Shown here: positions 22,365-34,908 of the stretch, piece after piece
Layout of the letters: each line of letters opens with the position of its first letter
Numbering within the stretch: position 1 is the first letter of the stretch
From: an uncultured Gammaproteobacteria bacterium
GTDB lineage: Bacteria; Pseudomonadota; Gammaproteobacteria; JABCZS01
DNA length: 64,000 nt
Assembly: GCA_963848305.1 (NCBI GenBank)
Contig: CAWKDC010000001.1
Location: 416,001 to 480,000 of the forward strand
Reading direction: 5' to 3'
The notes under the pieces: generated by a model
Told to the model about the DNA's origin: nothing
Seen by the model: the letters and a program-made list of their open reading frames with translations, nothing else
The model's database searches: none
Program-made: the position numbers and the translations under genes

Positions 22365-24716
22365 TCATTCACCTCGATTGGGAACCAAAACTTCTCTGCC
22401 GCCATTGGATTGCATCGCAGACACTAACCCCGCTGCTTCCATTTGCTCGATCAAACGGGCGGCGCGATTATAACCAATTTTCAAACGGCGTTGTACCATC
22501 GATATAGAAGCGCGACGCGTTTCCAATACAACGGTGACGGCTTGATCATAGAGTGGATCAGCCTCAACGTCATTCTGCTCTTCATCCATATCAAAGCCGC
22601 CCCCGCCAAATCCTGGGCTACCATGACCGGAAATAATACCTTCTTCAAACTCAGGCGCGCCGCGGCGTTTCCAATCTTCGACGACAGCATGCACTTCTTG
22701 ATCGGAGACAAACGCACCATGAACCCGAACCGGTATGCCGGCGCCCACAGGCAGGTACAGCATATCACCTCGGCCCAACAATTGTTCAGCGCCTTGTTGA
22801 TCCAAAATCGTGCGAGAATCAATGCGTGAAGCCACTTGAAATGCAATCCGTGTGGGCACGTTGGCTTTGATAAGCCCCGTGATGACATCGACAGAAGGAC
22901 GCTGTGTCGCCAAAATCAAATGAATACCGGCTGCGCGGGCTTTTTGTGCAATACGTGCAATCAGCTCTTCCACTTTTTTACCGACAACCATCATCATGTC
23001 GGCGAATTCATCAATCACCACCACGATAAAAGGCAAGGTTTGCAACATCGGTGCGACCGCATCCGGATCAATTGAGTGGAATAAAGGATCTGAAATGGGA
23101 TTGCTGGATTTTTCAGCATCGCGAATTTTACGGTTATAACCATCTAGGTTACGCACGCCCAGCGCAGCCATGAGCTGATAACGCCGCTCCATTTCAGCGA
23201 CACACCATTTCAACGCATTGCCTGCTTCCTTCACATCTGTGACCACGGGCGCTAACAAATGCGGAATATTATCGTAAATCGCCAATTCTAGCATTTTAGG
23301 ATCGATTAAAATCAAACGGACATCTTCTGGTGTGGCTTTGAATAAAATACTGAGCAACATCGCATTCAACCCAACGGATTTACCTGAACCTGTCGTTCCC
23401 GCAACCAACAAATGGGGCATTTTGCCTAGATCAACAACGATAGGCGCACCCGCAATGTCTTTGCCCAACACTAAACTCAATGGAGAGGAAGCTTTGGCAT
23501 ATGCGTCACTCGCGATCAGTTCGCTCAAGCACACGGTTTGACGGTGCACATTCGGTAACTCTAAACCGACATAAGGTTTTCCCGGAATGATTTCAACCAC
23601 GCGCACACTGACAATCGCCAGTGATCGCGCTAAATCTTTGGCCAAACCTGAAATTTTACTGGCCTTCACACCCGCAGCCAATTCTAATTCGAAACGCGTG
23701 ATCACAGGCCCTGGATGCACAGCGACTACATGCGCTTCCACGCCAAAATCCGCCAATTTCGTTTCAACTTGGCGCGACATATCGCGCAACGCCTCGTCAG
23801 TGTACTGGGCTTCATGCTGCTCTTGAGGGGGATCAAGCAATGATAACGACGGCATAGGCACTTCTGGCACTGCGCGGAAGAGTGGTACTTGTGGCAAAAG
23901 TGCAGGTTTTTTCGAGACGATTTTCAGTTTACGGGCCAAGGGCTCAGCCGCAGTCATTGCCTGAGAAACAGATTTGGCTGGTTTTGCTTCAACCCATTCG
24001 GATAAATCCATGGTGGGCGGCTCAATACGGACTTTCATGCTTTTCGGATGTGAAGCGGCTTTCGCTGTTCGCCAGGATTGATATGATGCATTGATATAAG
24101 AAAAGAAGCGCAGAATCTCTCGCCCAATCCAATCCATTAACTTCAACCAAGACATACCTGTTGCAAACGTTACCCCGACTAAAAACAAAGACAATAATAA
24201 AACCGTTGCCCCTACAATGTGTAATGTGCGTTGCAATAAATCGCTTAATATTTGGCCAATAATACCACCACTGCCGGAAGGATACGGGAATGAAACATCT
24301 GAAAAATAAATATGTGCCAACGTACAGCCTGCGGTTAACGCCAAGATACTGCCCCCAAATCGCAACCCAACAAGTGACCACTCAAACGGCTGCGCATTAT
24401 CCATGCGGTGTAGGAATAAATAGGTTGCACCCAATGCAACCATCACTGGAAACCCGTATGCAAAGACCCCGAAAAGACTGAATAAAATGTCTGCACAAAA
24501 TGCGCCGATAGGGCCTGTCGCATTGTTAATGAGCGTGGATGCGCCGCTGGAACTCCAGGAGGGATCGTCAGGGTGGAACGTGAATAAAGCCAACGTGAAA
24601 AACAACGTGAGTGATAATGATAAAATGAATAACCCTTCGCGCACGCGCAAGGCCAAGCGTTGGCTAGAACCTTGACTGGATTTCGATTGCTTGTCGACGG
24701 GTTTGCGCCTCATCAT
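22365..24716 (-). CDS. ftsK: DNA translocase FtsK
   Basis: 4TM N-terminus, [22 protein letters not shown], gamma domain; start taken at MMRRKP. Confidence 0.97.
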   Translation of the reverse strand: MMRRKPVDKQSKSSQGSSQRLALRVREGLFILSLSLTLFFTLALFTFHPDDPSWSSSGASTLINNATGPIGAFCADILFSLFGVFAYGFPVMVALGATYLFLHRMDNAQPFEWSLVGLRFGGSILALTAGCTLAHIYFSDVSFPYPSGSGGIIGQILSDLLQRTLHIVGATVLLLSLFLVGVTFATGMSWLKLMDWIGREILRFFSYINASYQSWRTAKAASHPKSMKVRIEPPTMDLSEWVEAKPAKSVSQAMTAAEPLARKLKIVSKKPALLPQVPLFRAVPEVPMPSLSLLDPPQEQHEAQYTDEALRDMSRQVETKLADFGVEAHVVAVHPGPVITRFELELAAGVKASKISGLAKDLARSLAIVSVRVVEIIPGKPYVGLELPNVHRQTVCLSELIASDAYAKASSPLSLVLGKDIAGAPIVVDLGKMPHLLVAGTTGSGKSVGLNAMLLSILFKATPEDVRLILIDPKMLELAIYDNIPHLLAPVVTDVKEAGNALKWCVAEMERRYQLMAALGVRNLDGYNRKIRDAEKSSNPISDPLFHSIDPDAVAPMLQTLPFIVVVIDEFADMMMVVGKKVEELIARIAQKARAAGIHLILATQRPSVDVITGLIKANVPTRIAFQVASRIDSRTILDQQGAEQLLGRGDMLYLPVGAGIPVRVHGAFVSDQEVHAVVEDWKRRGAPEFEEGIISGHGSPGFGGGGFDMDEEQNDVEADPLYDQAVTVVLETRRASISMVQRRLKIGYNRAARLIEQMEAAGLVSAMQSNGGREVLVPNRGE

Positions 24717-24783
24717 GATTCCTTGTTGAGAAAATTTAGAATAAGTATATAATACTTGAATTCTAGCAAATGAGAGGCCTTCG

Positions 24784-25665
24784 GTGTTTAAAAAAACGGT
24801 TTTTTTACTGCTATTCACAATGATAGGGTGCCAATCCAAACAACCACAAGTCAGTTCACCCCCATCACCTGATCTTAAGCCACATATTCACGTCGACCCT
24901 CTCCCTCATCCTGCCCCTGCCCCTATACATACCGATTTCAGTGCCCATGTACAAGGAACACACCTTGCTCAGGATAAACCGGGTCAATTCACTTTGATAC
25001 TGGAAAATAAAAATGGAACCGCTGCACAATACACTGATTTTGATCGCACGCATGGTCAACGTATTCATGTCATGATGATTGACACAAGCCTCACCGATTA
25101 TCAGCATATTCATCCCGAGTCTACTCGTCCTGATAAATTGGCTATTTTCACCATCCCCTTCACACCGCTCCACGGTGGCGATTATGTTATTTATGCAGAT
25201 GTCACGCCAGACAGCGACCATGTACAACGTTTCTTAAGTGATCGCATTTCAGTATCAGGTCCTGTCACACGTCCCGTCTTTCAAACGCTGACTAAAGGCA
25301 CCATGACGCCGTCTGTCGCGATGGAAGGGTTCACATTTCTCACCGAGATTGACCCGCCCGGCCTACGCGCAGGTGTGCCCGCCATGTTAAACATCACTGT
25401 CAAAGACAAGGATGGAGAATTGTTCCGAGGCCTTGAACCGTTGATGCAAGCTTTTGCACACTTGATTGGCTTCAGCGAAGATCGTACTGAGATCGTCCAC
25501 ACGCACCCCATGGGGCGTGAGATCACCGCTGAAAATGCCCGTGGCGGCCCCAATTTACTGTTCCACATCACGTTTCCCAAAAGCGGTTACTACCGCCTCT
25601 TTTTACAAGTCCGCGTGGCAGACAAAGTACTGACGATCCCGTTTGATGCTTGGGTTGCGCCTTAA
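24784..25665 (+). CDS. Lipoprotein with His motifs, putative metal-binding
   Basis: Lipobox-like MIGC; [30 protein letters not shown]. Confidence 0.6.
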   Translation: MFKKTVFLLLFTMIGCQSKQPQVSSPPSPDLKPHIHVDPLPHPAPAPIHTDFSAHVQGTHLAQDKPGQFTLILENKNGTAAQYTDFDRTHGQRIHVMMIDTSLTDYQHIHPESTRPDKLAIFTIPFTPLHGGDYVIYADVTPDSDHVQRFLSDRISVSGPVTRPVFQTLTKGTMTPSVAMEGFTFLTEIDPPGLRAGVPAMLNITVKDKDGELFRGLEPLMQAFAHLIGFSEDRTEIVHTHPMGREITAENARGGPNLLFHITFPKSGYYRLFLQVRVADKVLTIPFDAWVAP

Positions 25666-25683
25666 ATACATTGGAGTATTGAT

Positions 25684-26630
<947 letters not shown>

Positions 26631-26714
26631 TAAAAATGGTGTTATGATACCCGCATTCGTTTTTAGAACATCGGTGAACGGGGGACCGTTCCAGAAATCT
26701 TAAGGATTATATTA

Positions 26715-26963
26715 ATGGCAAAAGAAGACGTGATACAGATGAATGGCACGGTAATCGATACCCTGCCTAATACTACTTTTAAAGTACAGCTCGAGAATGG
26801 GCACACCATTGTGGCTCATATTTCTGGGAAAATGCGCAAAAACTATATCCGTATCCTTCAAGGCGACGCCGTTGTGGTCGAAATGACCCCTTACGATTTA
26901 TCCAAAGGCCGGATCATCTTCCGCGGCACCAGCAAGGACGCGGCGGCTCGCGCAGCGCAATAA
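26715..26963 (+). CDS. infA: Translation initiation factor IF-1
   Basis: [38 protein letters not shown]. Confidence 0.98.
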   Translation: MAKEDVIQMNGTVIDTLPNTTFKVQLENGHTIVAHISGKMRKNYIRILQGDAVVVEMTPYDLSKGRIIFRGTSKDAAARAAQ

Positions 26964-26965
26964 TA

Positions 26966-26994
26966 TTGTAGGGCGGGCATTCCCGCCCCTACAA
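26966..26994. repeat. GTAG-type REP-like palindrome between convergent genes (may terminate both)
   Basis: ttgtagggcgggcattcccgcccctacaa. Confidence 0.7.
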
Positions 26995-26995
26995 A

Positions 26996-28164
26996 TTAAC
27001 GCCGCATCTTCGCAGCACCCCATCCGGCGCCGCCTGCAAGCACACCCGCACCCACGATGGAACCTAAAAATAACCCAGCCTTTTTCCCATTATCCAGTTT
27101 GTTTTCGTTGGGCAGCCCTTCCCTATCACCCAGTATTGATTGGAAAAACTCGTTGAGGATGGGGGTATTCCACATTGCACCTTCGGTGATGGCAACAGCC
27201 ACAATCACCAAAAATGCCGCCACGCAACCCCATTGAGCAGGGGAGATCGCATGCTTTCCATTTTCTCCTTTATCTATCGAAGACTTTGCTTGATACACAG
27301 TGGATTTACCTGTATTTCCAATAAACGTGTTAATTACTCCTTCAGGATCCACATTTTTCGGATTTATATTATATGCAATATAATCTTTGATAGAATAATG
27401 CCGCCAGCTATTACTACGATTAGACACTAAGACCTGCGTTTCATCATATTGCCTAAGCAACATAATCAAATCCTTGGATTTTTGTTTTTCATTTTCATCT
27501 GTACTCTTCCCTAATGTAACGGCATATTTGATAGATTCAATGATCCCGTTATTCAAGTGGCTCACTGCTAAAGTAACCTGACCAATAACTAGGTTATCAA
27601 CTAACTCAGTAGACAACTTACGAGCGATCGTCAACTGATCACAATAATGCTTCAACATCAACGGAAGAACCTCTTCCCGCGATTGATGATGGTTTTCGAA
27701 GGCCATCAAGAGATAGTCTTTGTGATCAAATGTACCATCATTCCTGGGATAAAAGAGAAAAGGCCCATTTCGGAGAGTAGCACCTCGAATGCGGGTTTCC
27801 TGTCAAAACCATTTTCCCCATCTTTAAAACCATAAAGTATCGCATATTCGAGAAAAGTTGATCTATTATCGTTGTTATATAAACCCGAGAGAATAGCATC
27901 ACAAAGGATGTGCGCCATTTTCAGACGGATAACTTCATCGCTGTCATCGTTGTAGGCGATTTTTAATGCGTTTTTTAAATTCTTTATTGGTGCTTGCATA
28001 TTACTGGCTGATGTATTGTCATTCAATACCGCCCCTGCATTGTAGATACCAAGGAATGCATTATAGTTGTCACCATTCCGATATAGTAGTTTGGCAGCCT
28101 CATTACCAATTGTTGCAATGATTTGATCGACATTGAATATACTTTTCATGAAAGACACTCCCAA
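26996..28164 (-). CDS. AT-rich orphan with C-terminal TM pair; two ORFs (27706-28164, 26996-27709) that may be one frameshifted gene
   Basis: The downstream frame stays open upstream to ~27805 across T-runs; 2 TM segments near the C-terminus. Confidence 0.5.
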
Positions 28165-28234
28165 TAACTGTCAGATAATTTCATCCTAACAGGTTATATG
28201 GATAGGAGCAATCCCGTGTTGGGCTTATTTGGTG

Positions 28235-28266
28235 TTGTAGGGGTGCAACATAGTCCGCCCCTACAA
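28235..28266. repeat. GTAG-type REP-like palindrome downstream of clpA
   Basis: ttgtaggggtg...cgcccctacaa. Confidence 0.65.
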
Positions 28267-28279
28267 ATACCGCATCGTT

Positions 28280-30550
28280 CTATTGTTCGACCAATACTTC
28301 ATTCGGGACACATTCAATCGATAACTTCTCGCCTTGGCGAGTCACTTTGACATGTCCGCCATGCATGAGCTGTCCGAATAAAATGTGATCAGCCAAAGGC
28401 AATTTCAATTCTTGCTGAATCAAACGGGCCATAGGACGAGCGCCCATGGCAGCATCGTAACCCTTCTCAGCGAGCCAGAGTCGCGCAGCATCGTCGACAT
28501 CGAGGGAAACGCCTTTTTGATCCAACATGGCTTCCAAATCGACCAAGAATTTGTCCACCACGTTCACCACGATATCCGGCGTTAATTGGCTGAACTGAAT
28601 AATGCGATCAATGCGGTTACGGAATTCAGGCGGGAACGCATGATTGATCGCTTCCAAACTGTCAGACGTATGATAACTTGATGTGAACCCGATCCCACGC
28701 TTGGCCAGATCTTGCGCACCCGCATTGGTCGTCATGACGACGATGACATGACGGAAATCCGCTTGTGCGCCATTATTGTCGGTGAGTGTACCATTATCCA
28801 TCACTTGTAATAATAAATTGAACACATCGGGATGTGCTTTTTCAATTTCATCCAGCAATAATACCGAATGAGGATTTTTGATCACGGCATCGGTTAACAA
28901 CCCACCTTGATCAAAGCCCACATAGCCTGGAGGTGCACCAATCAAACGGGAGACTGTGTGGCGCTCCATGTATTCTGACATGTCAAAACGTAATAATTTG
29001 AGTCCTAATAATTGAGCCAATTGGCGAGTGACTTCTGTTTTACCCACGCCCGTTGGACCCGCGAGCAAAAATGAACCAATCGGTTTGCTGGGATCGCTCA
29101 AGCCTGCACGTGCCATTTTGATCGCAGACACGAGAGACGTGATCGCCAACTCTTGTCCAAACACCAACATTTTCAAATCGCGTTCTAAACGACGCATGAC
29201 ATCTTTGTCGCTGTTTGAGACTGTTTTAGTCGGAATGCGCGCCATTTTAGACACAATTTCTTCAACTTCTTTGACATTGATGGTTTTCTTGCGCTTAGAA
29301 GCGGGCAGTAAACGTTGATAAGCACCGGCTTCGTCGACGATATCAATTGCTTTGTCTGGCAAGAAACGATCATTGATATAACGGGCACCCAACTCTGCGG
29401 CGGCTTTCAATGCGCGCACAGAATATTTCACATCATGATGTTTTTCAAATTGGGTTTTCAGGCCTTTCAAAATTTCAAAAGTTTGATCAACGGAAGGTTC
29501 AATCACATCAATTTTTTGGAAACGGCGCGCCAATGCACGATCTTTTTCAAAAATACCGCGATACTCTTGATACGTCGTGGCACCCATGCAACGCAAATCA
29601 CCTGACGATAATAAAGGTTTGATCAGATTTGATGCATCCATCACACCGCCGGATGCAGCGCCCGCACCAATGATGGTATGAATTTCATCAATGAATAAAA
29701 TAGCACCTTTGTCACGCTTCAATTGACTGAGTACAGCCTTCAAACGTTTTTCAAAATCCCCGCGGTATTTCGTCCCCGCCAATAATGCGCCAAGATCCAA
29801 TGCATAGACAGTGGAACCCTCGAGAATAGCAGGTACATTTTTATCTTCAATCATTTTGGCCAAGCCTTCCGCAATCGCGGTTTTTCCCACGCCTGCTTCG
29901 CCCACCAATAAGGGATTATTCTTACGGCGACGGCATAAAATTTGCACCACACGCATGACCTCTTCTTCACGGCCAATGAGTGGATCGATGTAACCTGTTT
30001 TTGCGCGCGCGTTTAAATTAGAAGTATAAGCTTCAAGGGGGGATTGGTTTGAGGCGTCTTCGATGCCCATCTCATCTTCATGGTGGATAGAGTCTTCAGA
30101 AGGTTCCTCTTCATTCACTTTGGAAATACCATGCGCAATATAATTGACGACATCCAAACGTGATATGTTTTCTTTTTTCAAGAAATAAACGGCTTGTGAT
30201 TCTTGTTCACTGAAAATCGCTGCCAAGACATTCGCACCCGTGACTTCTGGCTTCCCAGAAGATTGCACATGGAATACGGCGCGTTGAAGCACACGCTGAT
30301 AGCCCAGTGTGGGTTGCGTTTCGCGATCAGCATCGCTGGATGGGATCCGTGGCGTTGTTTCATCGATGAATGTGGATAATTCATGTCGTAAACGTTCCGT
30401 ATCGCTGCCGCAAGCGCGCAGCACGGTGAGTGCCTCGGGGTTATCCAGTAATGACAGCAACAGATGTTCGACTGTCATAAACTCGTGTCGTTTGTTTCTC
30501 GCCTCTTTAAAGGCGCGATTAAGCGTAAACTCCAGGTCTTTGTGAAGCAT
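28280..30550 (-). CDS. clpA: ATP-dependent Clp protease ATPase ClpA
   Basis: Two AAA modules GEAGVGKT and GPTGVGKT; IGF loop; follows clpS. Confidence 0.97.
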   Translation of the reverse strand: MLHKDLEFTLNRAFKEARNKRHEFMTVEHLLLSLLDNPEALTVLRACGSDTERLRHELSTFIDETTPRIPSSDADRETQPTLGYQRVLQRAVFHVQSSGKPEVTGANVLAAIFSEQESQAVYFLKKENISRLDVVNYIAHGISKVNEEEPSEDSIHHEDEMGIEDASNQSPLEAYTSNLNARAKTGYIDPLIGREEEVMRVVQILCRRRKNNPLLVGEAGVGKTAIAEGLAKMIEDKNVPAILEGSTVYALDLGALLAGTKYRGDFEKRLKAVLSQLKRDKGAILFIDEIHTIIGAGAASGGVMDASNLIKPLLSSGDLRCMGATTYQEYRGIFEKDRALARRFQKIDVIEPSVDQTFEILKGLKTQFEKHHDVKYSVRALKAAAELGARYINDRFLPDKAIDIVDEAGAYQRLLPASKRKKTINVKEVEEIVSKMARIPTKTVSNSDKDVMRRLERDLKMLVFGQELAITSLVSAIKMARAGLSDPSKPIGSFLLAGPTGVGKTEVTRQLAQLLGLKLLRFDMSEYMERHTVSRLIGAPPGYVGFDQGGLLTDAVIKNPHSVLLLDEIEKAHPDVFNLLLQVMDNGTLTDNNGAQADFRHVIVVMTTNAGAQDLAKRGIGFTSSYHTSDSLEAINHAFPPEFRNRIDRIIQFSQLTPDIVVNVVDKFLVDLEAMLDQKGVSLDVDDAARLWLAEKGYDAAMGARPMARLIQQELKLPLADHILFGQLMHGGHVKVTRQGEKLSIECVPNEVLVEQ

Positions 30551-30571
30551 TGTGGCACCCCATTTTATTCA

Positions 30572-30910
30572 TTATGTTTCGTCATCTCCAGGACACGGTT
30601 TCATGTTACACATCAACGGAAACTCGTGTTGTCGCGCATAGTCCGTTACCAATGCCACTTTGGTCTCAGCCACATCATATGGGTAAACCGCACAAACGGC
30701 TTGCCCCTGTGTATGCACTTGAAACATGATGCGTTGCGCTTTTTCGAGCGACATATCGAAAAAGATCTGCAACACTTCAATCACAAAATCCATGGGTGTA
30801 AAGTCATCATTGACTAAATACACTGTCCAAAGCGGCGGGCGCCTGAGCGCCATTTTTGTCTGTTCTGCTACTACCGCCACATCCATGTCGCTAGCATATC
30901 GTCCATACAT
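30572..30910 (-). CDS. clpS: Clp adaptor ClpS
   Basis: NDDFTPMDFV, VHTQG, VAETKV, HEFPL. Confidence 0.96.
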   Translation of the reverse strand: MYGRYASDMDVAVVAEQTKMALRRPPLWTVYLVNDDFTPMDFVIEVLQIFFDMSLEKAQRIMFQVHTQGQAVCAVYPYDVAETKVALVTDYARQHEFPLMCNMKPCPGDDET

Positions 30911-31115
30911 ACTACTCTCCTATCTATGCTATAAGTCTAGGCCATTTTTGGGGAATTTGGGTAAAAAGGATAACATATTTGTTTTACGACATTCAAGGAT
31001 GAAGGGGTTATTGTTATCCACAACCTTGACGACCTCCAAAAACGTGTGTATAAATAATGGGAGGCGGAATGATCCTGCCGGGTTTTAGAGTAATCGCATT
31101 TAGAAGGAACGTCGT

Positions 31116-31432
31116 ATGCCAATAGGGACAGTGAAATGGTTTAATAATGCAAAGGGTTATGGGTTTGTACGCCCCATCGATGAGCAAGGCGAAGATATTT
31201 TCGCTCACTTCTCCACCGTCATGATGGACGGTTACAGAACATTGAAAGCTGGCCAACTGGTCGAGTTTGAAATTTCAACTGCGCCAAAGGGCTTCATGCC
31301 ATTAACATTCGTCCACATATCAGTGAACAAGCGTTGATCGAAAATGCAGGCGCCCTTGCCTCACGGAACATCACCGCACAGTTTATTGCCGTAGATGAAA
31401 ATGCGCGCATGCCTGAAACGGCAGATCAATAG
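31116..31432 (+). CDS. cspD: Cold-shock protein CspD, frameshift near 31290
   Basis: GTVKWFNNAKGYGF, DIFAHFS, MDGYRTLKAGQ; KG-LHAINI continues in another frame to TAG 31432; divergent from clpS. Confidence 0.88.
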
Positions 31433-31469
31433 GTTACAGGGGCTTATATCACCCCCCCTGGCTACCCAC

Positions 31470-31495
31470 TGTAGGGGTCCAGCATGCTGGGCCCT
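31470..31495 (+). repeat. GTAG-type REP-like palindrome
   Basis: tgtaggggtccagcatgctgggccct. Confidence 0.62.
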
Positions 31496-31593
31496 TGATG
31501 TGCCAAGCACATCAAATAACACTAAACCTATAAGTTAGACAAAAATCAACATACCTTGAACCCTCCCTCACTTTACGATACACTGCTGCTATC

Positions 31594-32707
31594 ATGATAA
31601 ACCAGGGTTTACACATCATCGTCGGCATGTCTGGCGGGGTCGATTCGTCAGTAACGGCTTTATTGCTGAAACAGCAAGGCTTTGATGTGCAGGGTGTTTT
31701 TATGAAAAATTGGGAAAAGGACGATACTGACCTGTATTGCCATTCTGCCCAAGACGTTTTCGATGCCAAGCGGGTGGCCGATAAAATCGACATCCCCCTC
31801 TCCAGTGTGAATTTTGCCCAAGAATACTGGGATCGGGTTTTCACCCATTTTCTGAGCACTTATCAAGCCGGGCGCACCCCCAATCCAGACATCTTATGCA
31901 ACACGGAAATCAAATTCAAAGCCTTTTTAAACCATGCCAAATCCCTCGGAGCCGATAAAATCGCCACGGGCCATTATGCACGCGTCAAGGAAACAGAGCG
32001 CGGCTTCGAGCTCCACAAGGCTGTCGATCTGCAAAAGGGCCGAAAGCTATTTCTTACATGGGCTTACACAAGCTCAGCTCAGCCAAGCCATATTCCCCTT
32101 GGGCGAGATGCATAAACCCGACGTGCGTGCCATTGCCCGCGCTGCTGGGCTGGTCAATGCTGATAAAAAGGATTCAACAGGTATTTGCTTCATTGGTGAA
32201 CGCGCGTTTAAAACGTTTTTGAAGGATTATCTTCCCGCCCAACCAGGTAATATCGTGACAGTTGATGGCAAAACAATAGGGTCGCATGAAGGATTAATGT
32301 ATTACACCCTTGGGCAACGGCAAGGGTTGGGCATTGGCGGGCTGGCTGATGCGAGCGAACTGCCCTGGTACGTTGTTCGCAAAGACATGGTGAATAACCG
32401 CTTGATTGTGGCACAGGGCAGTGATCATCCTTCCCTATTCACCAGCAAAATATTGGTTTCTGAGATACACTGGATCGGGGAAGCGCCCACCTTTCCTATG
32501 ACGTGTCAGGCAAAGACTCGGTATCGCCAGGCAGATCAAGCTTGTACGATCACCCCTGTTAACGGGCGATATTTAATCAGTTTTGATGTGCCGCAACGCG
32601 CGGTCACATCGGGGCAATCGGTTGTTTTTTACAACGGCACCCATTGTTTGGGCGGTGCCACTATTGAGGATATTGACGATGGACATACAAGCGCTTTCGC
32701 CCCTTGA
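31594..32707 (+). CDS. mnmA: tRNA 2-thiouridylase MnmA, frameshift near 32040
   Basis: [22 protein letters not shown] in ORF 1; [17 protein letters not shown] in ORF 2; conserved KDQSYFL is broken. Confidence 0.95.
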
Positions 32708-34013
32708 CGGCCGTTATGCAGACATTGCCGATCCGCTGCGTCGGGTTTTCAGCGAATATGCGCTGATCCGCTATCGCTACCGCGTCGAAATGGCTTGGTT
32801 TTTATTTTTATGTGACACGCTGGATGTGCCCGTTTTGCGTGCTGTCAATACATCAGACAAAGCTTATCTGAATGAATTGTGCGATTCATTCGACATTGCA
32901 GATGCTGCTGCGGTGAAAAAAATCGAACAAACCACACGTCATGATGTAAAAGCACTTGAATATTTCATGAAATCACAATTCGCCACACGCGAGACCTTGA
33001 GAAATGCGCAAGAATTTATTCATTTCGCGTGCACCTCTGAAGACATCAACAATATTGCGTATGCCTTCATGACGCGTGATGGTCGCGCGCTGCTCACCAC
33101 ACATTATCAAACGATCATTGATGCACTCGAACACTTTGCCAAACAATGGGCTGATCAGCCGATGTTATCGCGCACGCATGGGCAAAGTGCGTCACCGACG
33201 ACGGTCGGTAAAGAATGCGCTAACATTGCGTATCGGTTAACGCAAGGTTTGAAGCGCTTAAACAACGTCGTTGTGTCTGCAAAAATCAACGGCGCTGTCG
33301 GTAATTTTAATGCCCATCATGTTGCGTTTCCCGATATTCACTGGCCGTCGGCAGGGAAAGCATTTATTGAATCGCTTGGATTTGAGCAACATCCTTTTAC
33401 CACACAAATTGAACCGCATGATCATTTATGTGAAATGCTTGATGCTATTGCTGCGTTAAACGTTATTTTGATCGATTGCTCGCGCGATATGTGGGGTTAT
33501 ATTTCCCTGAATTATTTTAAACAGCGCCCTGTTGAAGGTGAGGTCGGTTCTTCCACCATGCCGCATAAAGTCAACCCGATTGATTTTGAAAATGCAGAAG
33601 GTAATTTTGGGATTGCGAATGCGCTGGCACGATTCATGAGTGATAAATTACCCATATCTCGTTTTCAACGTGATTTAAGCGATTCTACTGTGTTGCGCAA
33701 TCTCGGCGTGGTGTTTGGTCATACCGTCTTGGGTTTGGTTGCATTAAACCGAGGATTGGGTAAATTGGACATCAACCGCGACGCAATCAGCACTGATTTG
33801 AACAATCATCCCGAAGTGCTGACTGAGGCTATTCAAACAGTGATGCGCTGCCACGGGCTGGAAGCACCTTATGAGCAATTGAAAGCATTGTCTCGAGGCA
33901 AAGCATTAACGCTCGAATCCTTACGTGCGTTCATTGAAGCACAACCATTGCCGGAAGCGGATAAAACGAGATTATTGGCATTAACGCCGGCAGGGTATAC
34001 AGGTTACGCTTAA
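32679..34013 (+). CDS. purB: Adenylosuccinate lyase
   Basis: [37 protein letters not shown]. Confidence 0.97.
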   Translation: MDIQALSPLDGRYADIADPLRRVFSEYALIRYRYRVEMAWFLFLCDTLDVPVLRAVNTSDKAYLNELCDSFDIADAAAVKKIEQTTRHDVKALEYFMKSQFATRETLRNAQEFIHFACTSEDINNIAYAFMTRDGRALLTTHYQTIIDALEHFAKQWADQPMLSRTHGQSASPTTVGKECANIAYRLTQGLKRLNNVVVSAKINGAVGNFNAHHVAFPDIHWPSAGKAFIESLGFEQHPFTTQIEPHDHLCEMLDAIAALNVILIDCSRDMWGYISLNYFKQRPVEGEVGSSTMPHKVNPIDFENAEGNFGIANALARFMSDKLPISRFQRDLSDSTVLRNLGVVFGHTVLGLVALNRGLGKLDINRDAISTDLNNHPEVLTEAIQTVMRCHGLEAPYEQLKALSRGKALTLESLRAFIEAQPLPEADKTRLLALTPAGYTGYA

Positions 34014-34795
34014 AACCGTATCCCGCCACCGACGCCGATATACCGCTGAAACCCACCGAGTTCGCCGCTGATACGCTGGCCATATTCTATATCTAATTCA
34101 AGGAATTCTAAAGGCAAGTATTGAAACCCCGTATCGGCATTATACCCATCCGTTTGATGTGGCCCGGTTTTACTTTGGCCATACGCTTCAGCATACCATT
34201 GGAATACGTCATTGATTTGCCATGTAAAAACGAGATCTGGGTTAACACTGGTGTATCGCTCACCGCCGGCACTTGAAGAGGTTGTGGCCGTCGTTACGCC
34301 CAACATGAAAGCCAGTGAAAGCGCACTATTGAAGGTGTAATTCACGATACCATTTACCGCCGCACCCGTCCCATCACTCCCCAGGGCCTCTGAACCAGAA
34401 GGAAGTGTGACCAATCCTTCTGCTGCCCAGATCCATTGTCCCCTCACCGGAAATTGATGCTTAAAACCCAAGCTGGTCGCTCCAACACCCTGCACAGGCT
34501 CATCCAACCCATACTGTATAACATAGAGAGGCAAAAGCACGGTGATTTCATTCCCTGCGGGCAAACCAAAACGGGTCTGAAGCTCAGGCAAGTTGATGGC
34601 AGTGCCTTCACCTGGATAGAGCGTTTGATATTGCACACCCGCCTCCAGAATCACCTGGTCAGGTTTAACAGCACATACGCTATCGGCCACCGTAGGGCGA
34701 TTCAGTACAGCCAATAAGCTAGCGCAGGGATCGTCCGCCCACAGTACCGTGGGAAGCAGCAGAAGTAGCAAGATATGACGTTGGTTCATACGCAT
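34010..34795 (-). CDS. Putative outer-membrane beta-barrel ('transporter' family)
   Basis: Signal peptide, NRPT..S, LPSGS, terminal Phe. Confidence 0.7.
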   Translation of the reverse strand: MRMNQRHILLLLLLPTVLWADDPCASLLAVLNRPTVADSVCAVKPDQVILEAGVQYQTLYPGEGTAINLPELQTRFGLPAGNEITVLLPLYVIQYGLDEPVQGVGATSLGFKHQFPVRGQWIWAAEGLVTLPSGSEALGSDGTGAAVNGIVNYTFNSALSLAFMLGVTTATTSSSAGGERYTSVNPDLVFTWQINDVFQWYAEAYGQSKTGPHQTDGYNADTGFQYLPLEFLELDIEYGQRISGELGGFQRYIGVGGGIRF

Positions 34796-34908
34796 CTATC
34801 CATGAGTGATAAAAATCAAGTATAGTCGTCTTGCAATTCCCTGCTGCAACCTGTGAATAACCCTAATCAGCAAAATGTTTCGATAGTCCCATGAACAAGT
34901 AGGGTTCT